Assembly: GCA_033442325.1 (NCBI GenBank)
Contig: JAWQFM010000002.1
Coordinates: 1,318,664-1,349,886, forward strand
Direction of reading: 5' to 3'
Origin: Salpingoeca rosetta
Taxonomy: Eukaryota; Protista; Choanoflagellata
DNA: 31,223 bases
In this document: positions 1 through 15,902 of the stretch, in pieces
How positions within the stretch are numbered: the first letter of the stretch is position 1
Layout: each line of letters starts with the position of its first letter
Translations under genes and position numbers: made by a program
Notes under the pieces: generated by a model
Told to the model about the DNA's origin: nothing
The model's database searches: none
What the model saw: only the letters and a program-made list of their open reading frames with translations

Positions 1-3603
<3,603 letters not shown>

Positions 3604-3813
3604 TGAGGAGTGCGGCTCGCCCATGCGTGCCGCCCCCACACTTCACGTCACTTTTGCTCGCTGTTGTGTCTCGTTTATTAGTCAAATCACTTTTGTTAGT
3701 CCCGGCTCTGTGTCCAACACTGCACGAAGACATCTTCTTGCAGCTTCAGCATAAACAATTCATCCATGTCAGAGCACGTATCCACGGCCATCAACGTGCC
3801 GTGCCTAACGCAT

Positions 3814-3987
3814 AGACACACATAGATTGACAGACAGACAGACAGACACACACACACACGCACAGGCACAGACAGATAGACACACGCACACAGACACAGA
3901 CACAGACACAGACAGACAGACAGACAGACACACACACACACACACACACAGACACACACACACCCTCCCCACACACGCACAGACACA
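3814..3987. repeat. Compound (CA)/(CAGA)/(CAGACA) microsatellite between the convergent SMARCAD1 and Elongin A stops
   Basis: Read directly; it starts just after the Elongin A stop on the minus strand. Confidence 0.9.
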
Positions 3988-3988
3988 A

Positions 3989-6930
3989 TTAGCGGGGGCA
4001 CGGCTGGCGGTGGCGCGGTGGCTGGAGGAACACCTTTGAAGCCTTACGCGGCTGCGGCGTGGCGGACGTGGACGAAGGCCGTTTCGCCGATCGTGCTGAT
4101 GACGCTGATGATAGTGACGAAGAAGCAGCTGATGGCGCTGTTGCTGGCCGCTTGGTGTGGGAGGCCGTTGTGAGCGGTGCTTGTCTCGGTGGGCCTCGTC
4201 TCGGTGTCGGTGCGGAGGTGGGGACTATCTTCGATGGCCTGAACATGGGTTGGAGTCGTGGCTGCGGACTTGCGCCAGTGGGGCGCTGCCGGTGCTGGGT
4301 TGACTGGGACGAGTGCGAAGTTTGTGCCGATGTTGTGGCGGCTGCAGCGTTTTGCGAGGCCAGCCGGGCCTTCATGTGCAGTCGATTGTGGGACGCGCGT
4401 ATCATCCCTCGCCCCTGGATTGCGTTTCAGAACGTTCGAGTTGTGGCGGTGTCGTGGACGTGAGCTCCGAAACACATACACGCACACACATGGGCGACAA
4501 CAGCAATAGTTACGTCAACCGGCAACAATGACGAACAAGACACCAGTGCCATGGCACACATCCCTCCCCACCCCACACACTCCTCGAACAGCATCTGCAC
4601 GTTGTGCGCGACCTTTCGTGTTGGCGGCGCTCCGCCAGGGGCCGTCTTGCGAACCTGCATCTTGAGCTTCCTGTGTGTGTGTGTGTATGTGTGTGTGTGT
4701 GTGCGAGAGAGCGAACATAAGTTGATGTGCGCGTGTTGCAAACAATGGGACATGAAATAGCACACGAGTAAGGGGCGCACTTGAGGATGGAAGACGAGGA
4801 ATCGGTTGGCGCGCGCTTGGGTTTCGTTGCGGTGGCACGAATGGCTGTTGCCATCGTGTGCGTGCGTGTGTGTGTGCATATGCATGGCGGGGATGTTGCG
4901 CGCGCGCGTGTGTGTGTGTGTGGACATGAGATAAGCGAACAAGGGCAGCGAAGCCATCAACAAAAGCACGTACACGACAAAAAGGACAAGAACAACAAGA
5001 ACAGCAGCAAGAAGAACAAAAAGAGCAGCAGCAAGAAGAATAACAGTAAGAACAAGAAGAAGAAATTGAGAGTGGCTGGCGCACCGCGATGTTGCGACGG
5101 GCTCAATTCCTTTGTGGCCTTCTTCGCTTGCTCAACCCTGTGCAGATGGAATGAACAAACACCAAGACACAACTACATCAACATTTTGCACGCACGAAAC
5201 CTCAACCCAACACCAGGTGTCATGTGACATGAAAACGCAGGCTTGCAGAATGAGAGGGCACACGCTAACCGTGTCGCTGCGTTGTGCACGGCGTCCTTCA
5301 TTGCTTTCGTCCGCGCTTCCTTCTCATCATGGCTGCAGTTGCACACATGTGCATGTGAGTGGACATGTGCGCGCAAAAAATTGTGTTTGTGCGTGTGTAT
5401 GTGTTTGCGAATGTGTGATTGAAGATGTGTGTGTGTGTGTGTGTGTGGCGTATGCACATGCGTTACAACAGGCCCAGTCACCACCAACTACACCAGAATA
5501 GCTGATCCATCTCAAACACCTCTCGTCTCTACATGCCAGCATATTCACACTCACAACTTGATCCATTCGTCCTTCCAAGAGGTCTCATGTGCTGGCGGTG
5601 AAGTGGATGCGCCGGGCTTGCACTCCTTCTGGTAAATCTTCACCAGAGACATGAGCCATCACACACGCACACAAAGACACACAGACACACAGACACAGAC
5701 ACACACATACACACAGGCACACACAGACACACACACATACACACGCACATAGATATGTGAGCGAGGGGTTTCCATGCTACGCAAGCTGAATCATATGCGG
5801 TGATGCTCAGCAAACAACACTCACCCCACAATCCCCATAATCCCCATAAGCCCCACAGCAGACAACTGAACCAGCATGGCAACCCACCTTTTTCCAAAGA
5901 CTGGCGGTGTGTTGTGTGTATTCGGGGTGGCTTTCCTCAATTCGCAGCAAGTCACGGCCGTTGAAGAAGGGCAGCGCGGGCGCCACAATGTGATATGGGA
6001 CATCGCCAAAGCTCTCGAGGTGCGATGCGTGCCTGGTGGTGATGCAGCAGGGATGGTGGTGAGTGAGAGGTGCGTGGTGATGAGGGCGACGCAGGCGGTT
6101 ACAGCAATCAGTGAGGGGAGACGGGCAGAGAGGAGGGAAGGCAGAGGAGTGGGAGATCCGCAAGAGGGCATCAGATAACCAGTCACAGGCACAGAGGCGA
6201 TACAGACGCACATGCCCGCACGCACACAGACAGATAGATAGACAGACAGACACACACACACAGACATACACAGACACACACACGCACACACACACACAGA
6301 CACACAGACACACGCACAGACACACACGCACACACACACACACACAGACACACAGACACACAGACACACAGACACACAGACACACACACAGACAGACAGA
6401 CAGACCGACCCCCGGCACCAACCCCCAACAGGCGATGCAAACGCACTTAACAAGCCATGTGAGGCAGATGTTCTGCAGGGTGAGGGAGGAGAAGAGCTTG
6501 AGAACAGGCAAGCTGCTGCGCGGTTTGGGCTGGGTCGCAGCAGCGCCGGAGCCACTGACAAAGCCTGGCTTGAAGAACCGCCCACGCCGCTTTCTGCTGA
6601 TTGCGCTCGCATCCTGGATCGCCAAAAGGAAGACGGAGGGGGGGAGAAGGTGAGCGTTAATCATGCGGGTGCACGTGGGAGCATGCGGATGGTGTGGACA
6701 AATGTGTGTACATGTGTGTGTGTGTGTGTGACTTACGAGCGCATGGTATGTCTTGGTCGGCGTGCTCGCCTTGCTGGCGCCATCGCTGCTGAGCGAGACG
6801 GTTGGTGCCTGTGATGGTGAAACACAAATGCAACAGGAACACAGATGAATCAAACCACGCAGGCAGATACAGCTATCAGCATTCACAACACACACCCACC
6901 CACCAACTTACACAACACCACCACCCACCC

Positions 6931-6977
<47 letters not shown>

Positions 6978-7845
6978 AACACACAGCATACATGCACACA
7001 GTACCCTGCCGAGTTGGCCAAAGACGGGCTTCTTGGGCTTGGGTGGGGCGGCCCCAAAGCGGAGCTCTGCTTGTGTTTGGAGTTCTGCGCTGGAGAGGGG
7101 CCGGCTTGTGTGCATGACGCGCTCCGCTGTGTCTGCGTCCACCTTCTCCCCATCGTTGATCCACTGCTTGACTAGCCTGGAGATGGTTTTCTTCAGCGGC
7201 TTGGGCGTATCTGGTAAACGAGGTGGAGTCATGGGGCACAAATGAAAAAGGGTGACGTATGTGCCCGGGTGAGAGGGAGCGGCGCTGCTAGTTGTATGCA
7301 AACCAAGTATGGTGCAGGGAATTGTCAAGGGCTTGCGGTTCCCTTTCGCTGAAAGCGCAGACGAAGTTCCAGTTCGCACCTTTGCTCTTCTTGATGGCTG
7401 ACAAGCCGGTCAACACTCGTTCATGCTTCCATACGTATGGCGTCGGAACTCTACAAGCAGAGCGATGGCGTACATGCGTGCACATGCGTGTACATGCGTG
7501 TGTAACCTTGTGAAGGCAGAGAAGAATGGCTCAGCTGCTAACGCCAACAACAACCACTCCACACAGACGCAGACATAGACACTCACACACACAGACGCAG
7601 ACATACACACTCACACACAGACGCAGACACACATACATACAGACACAGAAGCACACACACATGCAGACACAGACACACATACACACACACCCACACGCAC
7701 CCACACACACTCACACACAAGCTGACCTCAGGTCGATGAGGCTGTTGACGAGCTTTTCGCATCGCTTGTAGTCCTTTGACCTAGCCACTGCCTCAATCTT
7801 GGCAAAGATGTTCAACAGCGCCTTCTCATAGTCAATGTCCGACAT
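3989..7845 (-). CDS. ELOA: Elongin A-like protein (~508 aa): divergent TFIIS-N-like N-terminus, BC-box/Elongin A domain, low-complexity basic tail
   Basis: Exons (descending): 7845-7727, 7450-7380, 7210-7005, 6808-6737, 6613-6447, 6032-5888, 5637(or 5628)-5555, 5332-5270, 5137-5085, 4844-4781, 4670-4613, 4414-3989; total 1527 nt. [68 protein letters not shown] follows the Elongin A pattern (TLxxxC BC-box, GxVPY, L.RIEE.nP, SWre.y). The last two exon boundaries are less certain. Confidence 0.8.
6222..6404. repeat. Compound (CA)/(CAGA) microsatellite in an Elongin A intron
   Basis: Read directly. Confidence 0.9.
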
Positions 7846-7994
7846 GGTGGGCGGCCGTCTGTCCGCAACAGCCACTGCGATGCAACGAGATGGAGAAGCG
7901 TGTGAGTGTGTGTGGTTGTTGGTTGCTGTGGTTGTCTTGGTTGTGGCGCGCTGCTTTGTGGATTTTCGCTGAGTCATCAACTACCACAAGCAAG
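7846..7994. promoter_or_regulatory. Compact bidirectional promoter/5'UTR region between Elongin A and URM1
   Basis: Only 149 bp separate the two divergent ATGs (7845 on -, 7995 on +). Confidence 0.7.
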
Positions 7995-8682
7995 ATGAAG
8001 GTGTCGCTCGAGTTCAGGTGCGTGGGTCATGCATCTGTGTGCGTGTGTGCGTGCGCGTGCGTGTGTGTTTACTCTTGCCCCTGCTGTCTCCATGGCCGAG
8101 TCACTCTCTCTATTGCTCACTGTACTGTACGTGTGTACAGTGGCGGTGCTGAGCTGCTGGTGGATGGTCAGAAGAACCATGACGTCACATTGCCAGACAA
8201 GGAAGACGGCTCAAAGTGTAAGTGCGTGTGTATGTGTGCGTGTGTGCGTGTGTGTGCGTGTGTGCGTGTGTGTGTGCTTGTGTGCTTGTGTATGTGTACG
8301 TGCGTGCTGATACGTGCGTGCTGATACGTGCTGGCATGTGTGCAGCGGAGCGTGCTGGCTGTTTGGAGGGCTGGAGTTGTTCTTCCACTCGTGTTTGTCT
8401 CACTTTGTTCAATCCATTACACATCATACACGCTTTTGTCGTCTGTTTGGCACCACCACCACCAAACGTGTAGGGACTGTGAAAGACCTGCTTGCATGGA
8501 TTAAGGACAACCTCATTGATGAGAGGCCAGAGCTCTTTGTGCAAGGAGATACTGTGTAAGTTGCGTGGCGGGTGTGCGCGCGTGTGTATGCTTGTGTGTG
8601 TGTGTGAGTGAGTGTATGTGTTTGTATGTTGTTGTGTGCACTTGCACTCGTGTGTGTGTGCATGTTGTTGTGTGCACTTGCA

Positions 8683-8723
<41 letters not shown>

Positions 8724-9304
8724 CCTCTTCTCCATACATCCATGCACATGTGCACTGGCGTTGCGTGCGAGCGAGGATGCTTTTTCTTCGCCACCCTTTG
8801 TGATTTTGACCGCCTTGTCCACAACTGCGTGTTGCATTCTCACTTGCTCTTCACCACACCTGCTCAACCGTGCTCCAACAGGCGACCTGGGATTCTCGTG
8901 TTGATCAACGGAACTGACTGGGAACTCATGGTACGTCCGCCCTAATTGTGCATGTGTGAGTGGGTGTTGTGTGTGTGCGTGCTTGTGGAGTGCGAATACA
9001 CTCCTGTGTAAATGCACGCCTGTGTGAATGTACACCTGTGTGAATGTACACCTGTGTGAATGTACGCCTGTGTGTGCCTGTGATGGATGCGCAGCCTAAC
9101 GAACGTGCGCACCAGCAAGCGCCGCGAGCAGCGATGTGTGAAGTGCAGCACTGCGTTGATTGCACATTTACATGACATGACCGCCACCCTGCAGCTCACG
9201 CGTCATCTTTGCCTCCTGTTTTGTTGCTTCCACAGGATGGGCCTGAGTACGAGCTGTGTGAGGGCGATGCATTTGTGTTCATTTCCACGTTGCACGGCGG
9301 TTGA
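7995..9304 (+). CDS. URM1: Ubiquitin-related modifier 1 (99 aa)
   Basis: Exons 7995-8017, 8141-8217, 8474-8555, 8882-8930, 9236-9304 (300 nt) give [99 protein letters not shown], with the hallmark Fx[15 protein letters not shown] and terminal FISTLHGG. Confidence 0.97.
9003..9074. repeat. 16-bp tandem repeat (CCTGTGTGAATGTACA) x~4.5 in URM1 intron 4
   Basis: Units start at 9003, 9019, 9035, 9051 and 9067. Confidence 0.9.
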
Positions 9305-9393
9305 ACGTGCTTGCGATGTGCGCAGGTGGGTGGTTGTAGCTTCGGCGTCAGTCTCTAAATCAATGATGCGAGCGTGTGAGAATGATGCGCATG

Positions 9394-9451
9394 ATGACAC
9401 GTGAGTGAGTGAGAATGACACGTGAGTGAGTAAGAATGACACGTGAGTGAG
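9394..9451. repeat. 21-bp tandem repeat (ATGACACGTGAGTGAGTRAGA) x~3 downstream of URM1
   Basis: CACGTG cores at 9398, 9419 and 9440. Confidence 0.9.
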
Positions 9452-9455
9452 GATG

Positions 9456-9488
<33 letters not shown>

Positions 9489-9531
9489 ACAGACACAGAC
9501 ACAGACACAGACACATACACACACACACACA

Positions 9532-9570
<39 letters not shown>

Positions 9571-9608
9571 CACACACACACACGACACACACACACACAC
9601 ACACACAC
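9456..9608. repeat. (CA)n compound microsatellite between URM1 and the USP gene
   Basis: Read directly. Confidence 0.95.
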
Positions 9609-10075
9609 TTCGTATCCGACACGATGAAAAGCGACATCATAACAGATCGACCGGCCGGCTGGTGTATGTTTCGCACAAAGGTGCACTGGGATAAACGCAT
9701 TAGCGCACAATCCACCGCTGACTGTTTTTTTTCTGCCCCCGCAGCCAGGAAGGGCGCCAGCCAGCCAGCGCGCAGCAGCAAGCAAGACAACAAAGGTTGG
9801 TTCTGTGTGCATCAACGTTTTTGTGCCGACACACAAGCACAAGAAGTGAGTGGAGAAGAAGAAGAAGAAGACACAGCAGCAGGTGCAAAAAGGAGTGTGG
9901 CGCGAAGGTGGGGGAGAATAAGAGGGCACTGTGTGCACGCACGCACATCGGGTGGTCGTGGCAGCTGACAGACAGTGCACACGCGCTCGCACCACACACA
10001 CGCAGTTCTTTCCCCGATTGCTTGCCGCGCATCCAACAGGCGCAAGTGCGTTTGATCTGTTTGTATTTGAAGGTG

Positions 10076-10545
10076 GTAAGTTTGAAGTCACTGCAATGCT
10101 TGCATACAGCGGACAATGTCACAGCTGTGCTTGTGTTGTGTGTGCGTGTGAGTTGTAGGTTGTGTACATTGTGTGTGCGTGGTGCGTGTGCTGTGTGTGT
10201 TGTGGGTTGTGTGGGCGTATGCGTGCGTATGTGCGTGCGTATGTGCGTGTGTGTATGCGTGTGCCTGCGTGTGTGTGTGTGTCCATGCTTTGCCCCTCCT
10301 CCTTGCTTTCATGTCGACTGGCACAATGTAACGCACATCACTGCTATCCCCCGCCCTTCTCACCTTGCGGTCTTTATGGCTCTCTTGCCAGTCCACACGA
10401 TTAGACTGTGGAGCCTGTGCTTTGATAGCCAAAGCGCACACGGACGTGCGGACACAACGAGACACACATCACACATCACACATAGCGCACACGCTCGCGC
10501 ACACACCTCACACATAGCACATACGCTTGCATACAACATCGACAG
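10076..10545 (+). other. Probable 5'UTR intron of the USP gene
   Basis: Consensus donor G|GTAAGT at 10076; acceptor ..catcgacAG| at 10545, 2 nt before the ATG. The interior has the GT/CA-repeat composition of the other introns. Confidence 0.55.
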
Positions 10546-10547
10546 CC

Positions 10548-11163
10548 ATGTCAGACATGGATGTCGATCCGCCCCAGCCCAAGCATGGGCAGGAAGAAGG
10601 TGGGCAAGAACAACAGCAACAGCAAGATCAGCAACAAGAGCAGTCGCAGCAACAGCAGCAGCCTGAGGTCGGTTCATGCAGTGACGTTTGGTTATGGCTG
10701 CCTTAGTTTCTCTGCATCACATGCCTCACTTCTTGTTGCTCATCCCCACGCATTGTTTCCTCTCCCCCTCAAGGCTGCTTGCTTGCTCTCTGCTCAGTCA
10801 CATCACGCGCGATTTCACCCCCTTCCCACACACGCCCTGTTTCTTCTCATTTCTTTCTGTTGTTGGTGCGGTTTGGTTATGCTATCGCAGGCTCCCGCAA
10901 CAACCCTGCCGATGGACCGCATCAACGAGCTCAAAACACAGCTCCGCCTCGGAGTGCGCATGGCAATCGACGAGCAGAGCCAGCTGATGGGTCTGCTCAA
11001 TTCGCTGCTGCAAGCCCAAGAGCGAGGTGCTGCTCATGGGTCGTCCCACTGTTCCGCTGCTTCCCTTGACCATAGTCCTCCATTTCGTGCTTCCTCACTC
11101 ATCCAACAAGACCTGCCGCGCCACTCAGCCACAACCACGCAACTAACACACTCACACACACAA

Positions 11164-11197
<34 letters not shown>

Positions 11198-11417
11198 ACA
11201 CACACACCCCACACACACACCCCACCCCCCACACACACCCGCATTGTCATGGCTGTGCGCAGGCGAGTGTGACGACAGCTGCGAGACGTTTCTGAAGGAT
11301 GTCCTGCTGCCGTGCATCTTGACCTGCCTCAACAGCGAGCAGCTTCTCAAGTGGTCCCCAGATTACCTGGTCAGTTTTGTTTCCCAGACACACACACACA
11401 CGCACACACACACGCAC

Positions 11418-11464
<47 letters not shown>

Positions 11465-12428
11465 TTCTGTGTGTGTCGTGTGTGTGTATATGTGTGTGCG
11501 CGTGCCGTGTGTACGTGCCGGAGACACGCCTGCCGCTGCCGATGTGAAACACTGTTGTGTGATTGCTCACACGCGCCATCCTCGTTTATCCCACGTCGGT
11601 CGTGCTGCTGGTGTCAGGTGGACATTCGCCAGCTGTTGATCAATTCCTTGGACGCACTCATTCCCCGCATGGACAGCGACGACACACAGTACATCCGCGT
11701 CACAGCGCAGGTATGCGTGTTGCGTGTGCGTTGCATGTTGTATTGTGTGTGTTGCATGGCTTGTGCAAACGTGTTGGTTGGAAAGCTGCTCCTCTGGAGT
11801 GAGAGTGCACGACACATCTTCCCAAGACGGCAGTGCACTGATGTACTCGTGCTTGCTGGCTTGATATTTATTGTCACAACAGATGATGAACTATCGCACG
11901 CTGTACCACCAGCAAGTCTGGTGTGAAAAGTCCATGTCCGCGCCCCTGAACGGTACAGAGCGCGCCAAACTGTCTTTCTTTGTCCAGCGTGTGAGTGTGA
12001 GGGTGGTGTCAGTTCTCTTTCACCACCGAATGCACTGATGATGCTGGCGCTGCTCTGCATTGGTCTTGTCGACAACGTTTGGTGGATTGGACTGGGATGA
12101 TTCCCGCTCCTCTAAACTCTTTCACCAACTGTCTCGTTGATATCTCCATTCACACACGCACACATCTGGTGCACGCTTGGTTGTGGCAGGGCCGGATGAG
12201 GTGTACGCGCTGTTCAGCGTGGACACGGAGACGGATTCGCAGTATGGCTTTCTCATTGACATTTGCGACGCATTTGGCGTCAAGGGCGGCTTCAAGCGTG
12301 CTCTGCAGATTGTCACTGTACGTCACTTGGCTTGCATGCATGTGGTTTTCCTCGTTGAACCCCATCCCAGACGTTGGTCCTTGACCGTCTCTTCCTTTTG
12401 TCGACAGCCACTCACGTACACATCGACG

Positions 12429-12506
<78 letters not shown>

Positions 12507-13845
12507 ACCACCACCACCACCACCACCACCACCAACCACAACAGAATCCAGAATCCAGCCTGGTGCAGGTGGTCTTGGCCGCCAGCTGCACTTTCTTCAG
12601 CGGCCATCTCCCAAGCGACATGTGTCGGGAACAGGTTCGTGTTTGCTTGTTTGCTTGTTTGCTTGTGTTGTTCATTGGCACCGTGGCGTTGTGCAGTGTG
12701 TTGTGTGTACTTGCACGTGAAGGTCCGGCGAGCGCTTTTGACTTTGTGCGTTTCCGTTTCTCCTCCCTCACCTCGCCCTATTTGTCCTTTGCCCTTTGCC
12801 TGCACACCCATACGTACGTGTGCAATACGCAGTTTGTGTATCCGATGTTTGACAAGATGTACGACCGGGTGCTCAACGCAACGCTGAAGGAGCTGCGCCC
12901 GCTTGTGCCGGAGCTCGTCAAGGACAACGGCATTCTCAGCGCCATCCGCAACGCAAAGGTGACACACTACATATCTGTGTGTGTGAGAGAGAATGTGTGT
13001 ATGTGTGCGTGCGTCTGTCTGTCTGTGTCTCTCCCTTTCTTTTTCACCGTTTCACCGTTTCACCGTTTCACTGTTGCTGTTGTTTGCTGTTGCTCGTTAC
13101 CCCCCCTCTCCTCTCCCTCTTCTCTTGCATTGTCTCATCTCGTTCGCTCGATGCTTTTTATCTCTGCATCTGTTCCTGCGCAGCTGGTGCTGGCTGCTCG
13201 TCAAGACATTGAAGTCAACCGAGTCCTCGACAACCTCCACCTCGCTGTCATCGACAAGGTGGTGCACTGGCCTCTTCCTGCTCGCGTCCTTGTGTGTCCG
13301 CACCGGTTTCGCTGTGCCTGTGTCGCTGTGCCTGTGTCGCTGTGCCTGTATCGCTGCGATGTGCATCCGCGTGCGTATGCTTGTGTGTGTGTGTATGTGA
13401 GTGCGTGTGTGTGTTAACTCTGCTTTGTTGGCTTTGATGGAAGCTTGCCTCCCAGCCTGTTCGACCCTCAGGGCACACAACCGCTCGCAGCATCACACAC
13501 ACACCTCACCTATCCACATGCATATGCACATGCACGCGCAACAACAGATGCTACGCGTGCAATCGTTCAACGCAACCATGTATGCACTGGACGAGCTGAA
13601 AGGATTGATCCACCGAATCAACGCCCAGAGCAAGCCGTGAGTTGCAGCTGAACGGTGACGTCGTGGGTTTGTTTGCCTGAGTTGCGGGGAAGAGCAAGAA
13701 GGCTTCGCTCCGGCCCTCGCAACCCACCCACCTACACACACCCACACTCACACCCACACAACACCACACACACACAAACACACACACACAAACACCCACA
13801 CCCACACACCCACACCCACACACAACACCACACACAAACACACAA

Positions 13846-13891
<46 letters not shown>

Positions 13892-15828
13892 GTTCATACC
13901 CCACACGGCAACTGTCAACACAGGGACGCGCGGTTCCAGTTTACTGCTGTGACGGCGGGCGAGCTGACGGACTGGATGGCGGAGAAGAAGCTGCTGGAAC
14001 TGCTCTTCAGTGACAACCTGCACAAGACGTCGTACGTCAACCGCGTGCAGGAGATTGTGCGCTTCACCGCCACGACCCGCCTGACCCTGCAGGACCTGGA
14101 GCTGATTTGGAAGGCGCAGGAAGGCAAGCACGGCGTGATTGTGGACAATATTCACGACCTGCTCGCCCACCTGGCGTACCACTTTGGGCCGGAGCAGCTC
14201 GACCACCTGTTCAGCCTGGTGCAGGCCAGTTGGGGCGGCAGCGACCAGAACATGATGCGTCTGCTGCGCCTCATCCAGCGGCTGGCGGAGGAGGACGCGG
14301 CTGGCGAGATGGCGCACAAGGTGATGGAGGTGGTGTGGTCGCTGGCCCACAACCCGGACACCTCGCACGAGATTGCCGACGAGGCCGTGGCGTCGATGGT
14401 GAAGATCCTGCAGGGGCGCTTCTTCCACGACGCCTCTGGCGCGGACGTCAACAAGTGGCTGGACGCGTGCCTGCGCGAGCTGAAGGAGCAGCGGTGGGTT
14501 GTGCCGGCCATGCGCATGATGGAGGCCCTGCTCGACCTCTTCTCCCGCCACTCGGACTCGAAGCACGCGTCCCCGCGCGACGTTGTGCTCAACAGGCTGC
14601 TGCGGCAGGGCCTGCAGGACGCCGTGCTGGACCTGTGTGAGGCGTACCAGGAAAAGGCCAAGCAGCGGCTGGAGGCGCTTGGCGGCGACGAGAAGGCGCT
14701 CGACAACACGGTTGTCTTTGAGATGAGCACGCACCGCGCCACCATGCAGCAGCTGCACAAGCTGCTCCACTTTATTGTGGCGGAGCGGGAGTCGTACATG
14801 GCGCTGGACGATGCGGTGCGCCTGTGGCTGATGCTTGTCGAGGGCGCACCCACGGCCAAGGACAGGACGGCGGGCCTGCGCTGGTTCTCGCGCGTGCTCG
14901 TGCCAGACCCGGACCTGGATGCTGACGCGCAGCGGTTCCTGTTGGAGAACCACCTGCTGCACATGGACCTGGAGACCATGCCCATCACTGCCATCAAGTG
15001 CGTGCTCGGCATCTTCTTCAACATCAACACAGAGGAGCACGTGCTTGAGCGCAACAGCTCCGGGCATGTGCACGTCTACGATCCCTCAAACATCTGGCAG
15101 CTGGACTGCTTGTGGGAGCTTGCCTGCAGCCATGCTGAGGAGACGGTGGCGGCGCTTGTCATCAGGAACCTCATCCAGATCTTCACGGGCCTCACCAACC
15201 AGGACCCGCTCGGCATCGTCAACAGCTGCCTCGACAAAGTCAACCGCACACTCATAGAGGTGCGTGCGTGTGTCTATGTGTGCGTGTGTGTGCTTGCGTT
15301 GTTGTGTGCTGAAATGTTTTGCACTTTGGGTTTGTGTGTTTGTGCGTTGTTGTGTGCTGAAATGTTTTGCAGTTTGCGTTTGTGTGTTTGTGCGTGAATA
15401 TATACGTGCAAGTTTGCGGTTCTGCTCGTGCTTTCATGTGTACACGTGTGAATGTAACCACCGTCTTCTCATCACCGAGTACTGTCGACACGATTGCCAT
15501 GGGTCATGTTCGTCGTGCCATTGGATTTCACGCAGGACACCAATGGCCGCCCTGATTTGGTGGAGCGAAAGGCCGTTCGCGGCCTCGACATTCTTCGGCG
15601 GTTCCTCACCCACTTTGACGTGATGCATGACTTCCCGCGCGTTCATCCCCCCATTATCATGGCGCACCTCGGGCTTCCCTGCAAGGTGCACAATCATCTC
15701 TTCAGCAACATGTTCCCTCTCCTCGCGTGTGGTGCTTGTGCTGCACCTTTGCCGCACACACACACACACAGACACACGCACGCACACACGCACACACGCA
15801 CACACGCACACACGCACACACATACGCG

Positions 15829-15902
<74 letters not shown>

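Noticed and set aside
4960-5066. AAG/CAG/AAC-rich stretch resembling a Q/E- or K/N-rich exon on the plus strand
   Set aside because: Lies in an Elongin A intron (U-rich on the sense strand), the Q/E frame has a stop, and there is no supporting gene structure.
9394-9451. Regular short direct repeats resembling a CRISPR array (also 9003-9074)
   Set aside because: No unique spacers, eukaryotic context and no cas genes; simple tandem repeats.
9447-9968. 173-aa ORF between URM1 and the USP gene
   Set aside because: Begins in a CA repeat, has no recognisable motif, and lacks the codon style of the real exons.
12541-12558. Triple tandem AG (acAG aatccAG aatccAG) as alternative acceptors
   Set aside because: The 7- and 14-nt shifts break the frame; only the first keeps the USP ORF, so the others would at most be noise.
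13748-15073. 441-aa and 300-aa antisense ORFs opposite the large USP exon (also 16681-17622)
   Set aside because: Shadow ORFs from GC-rich codon usage of the sense exon; no recognisable domain.
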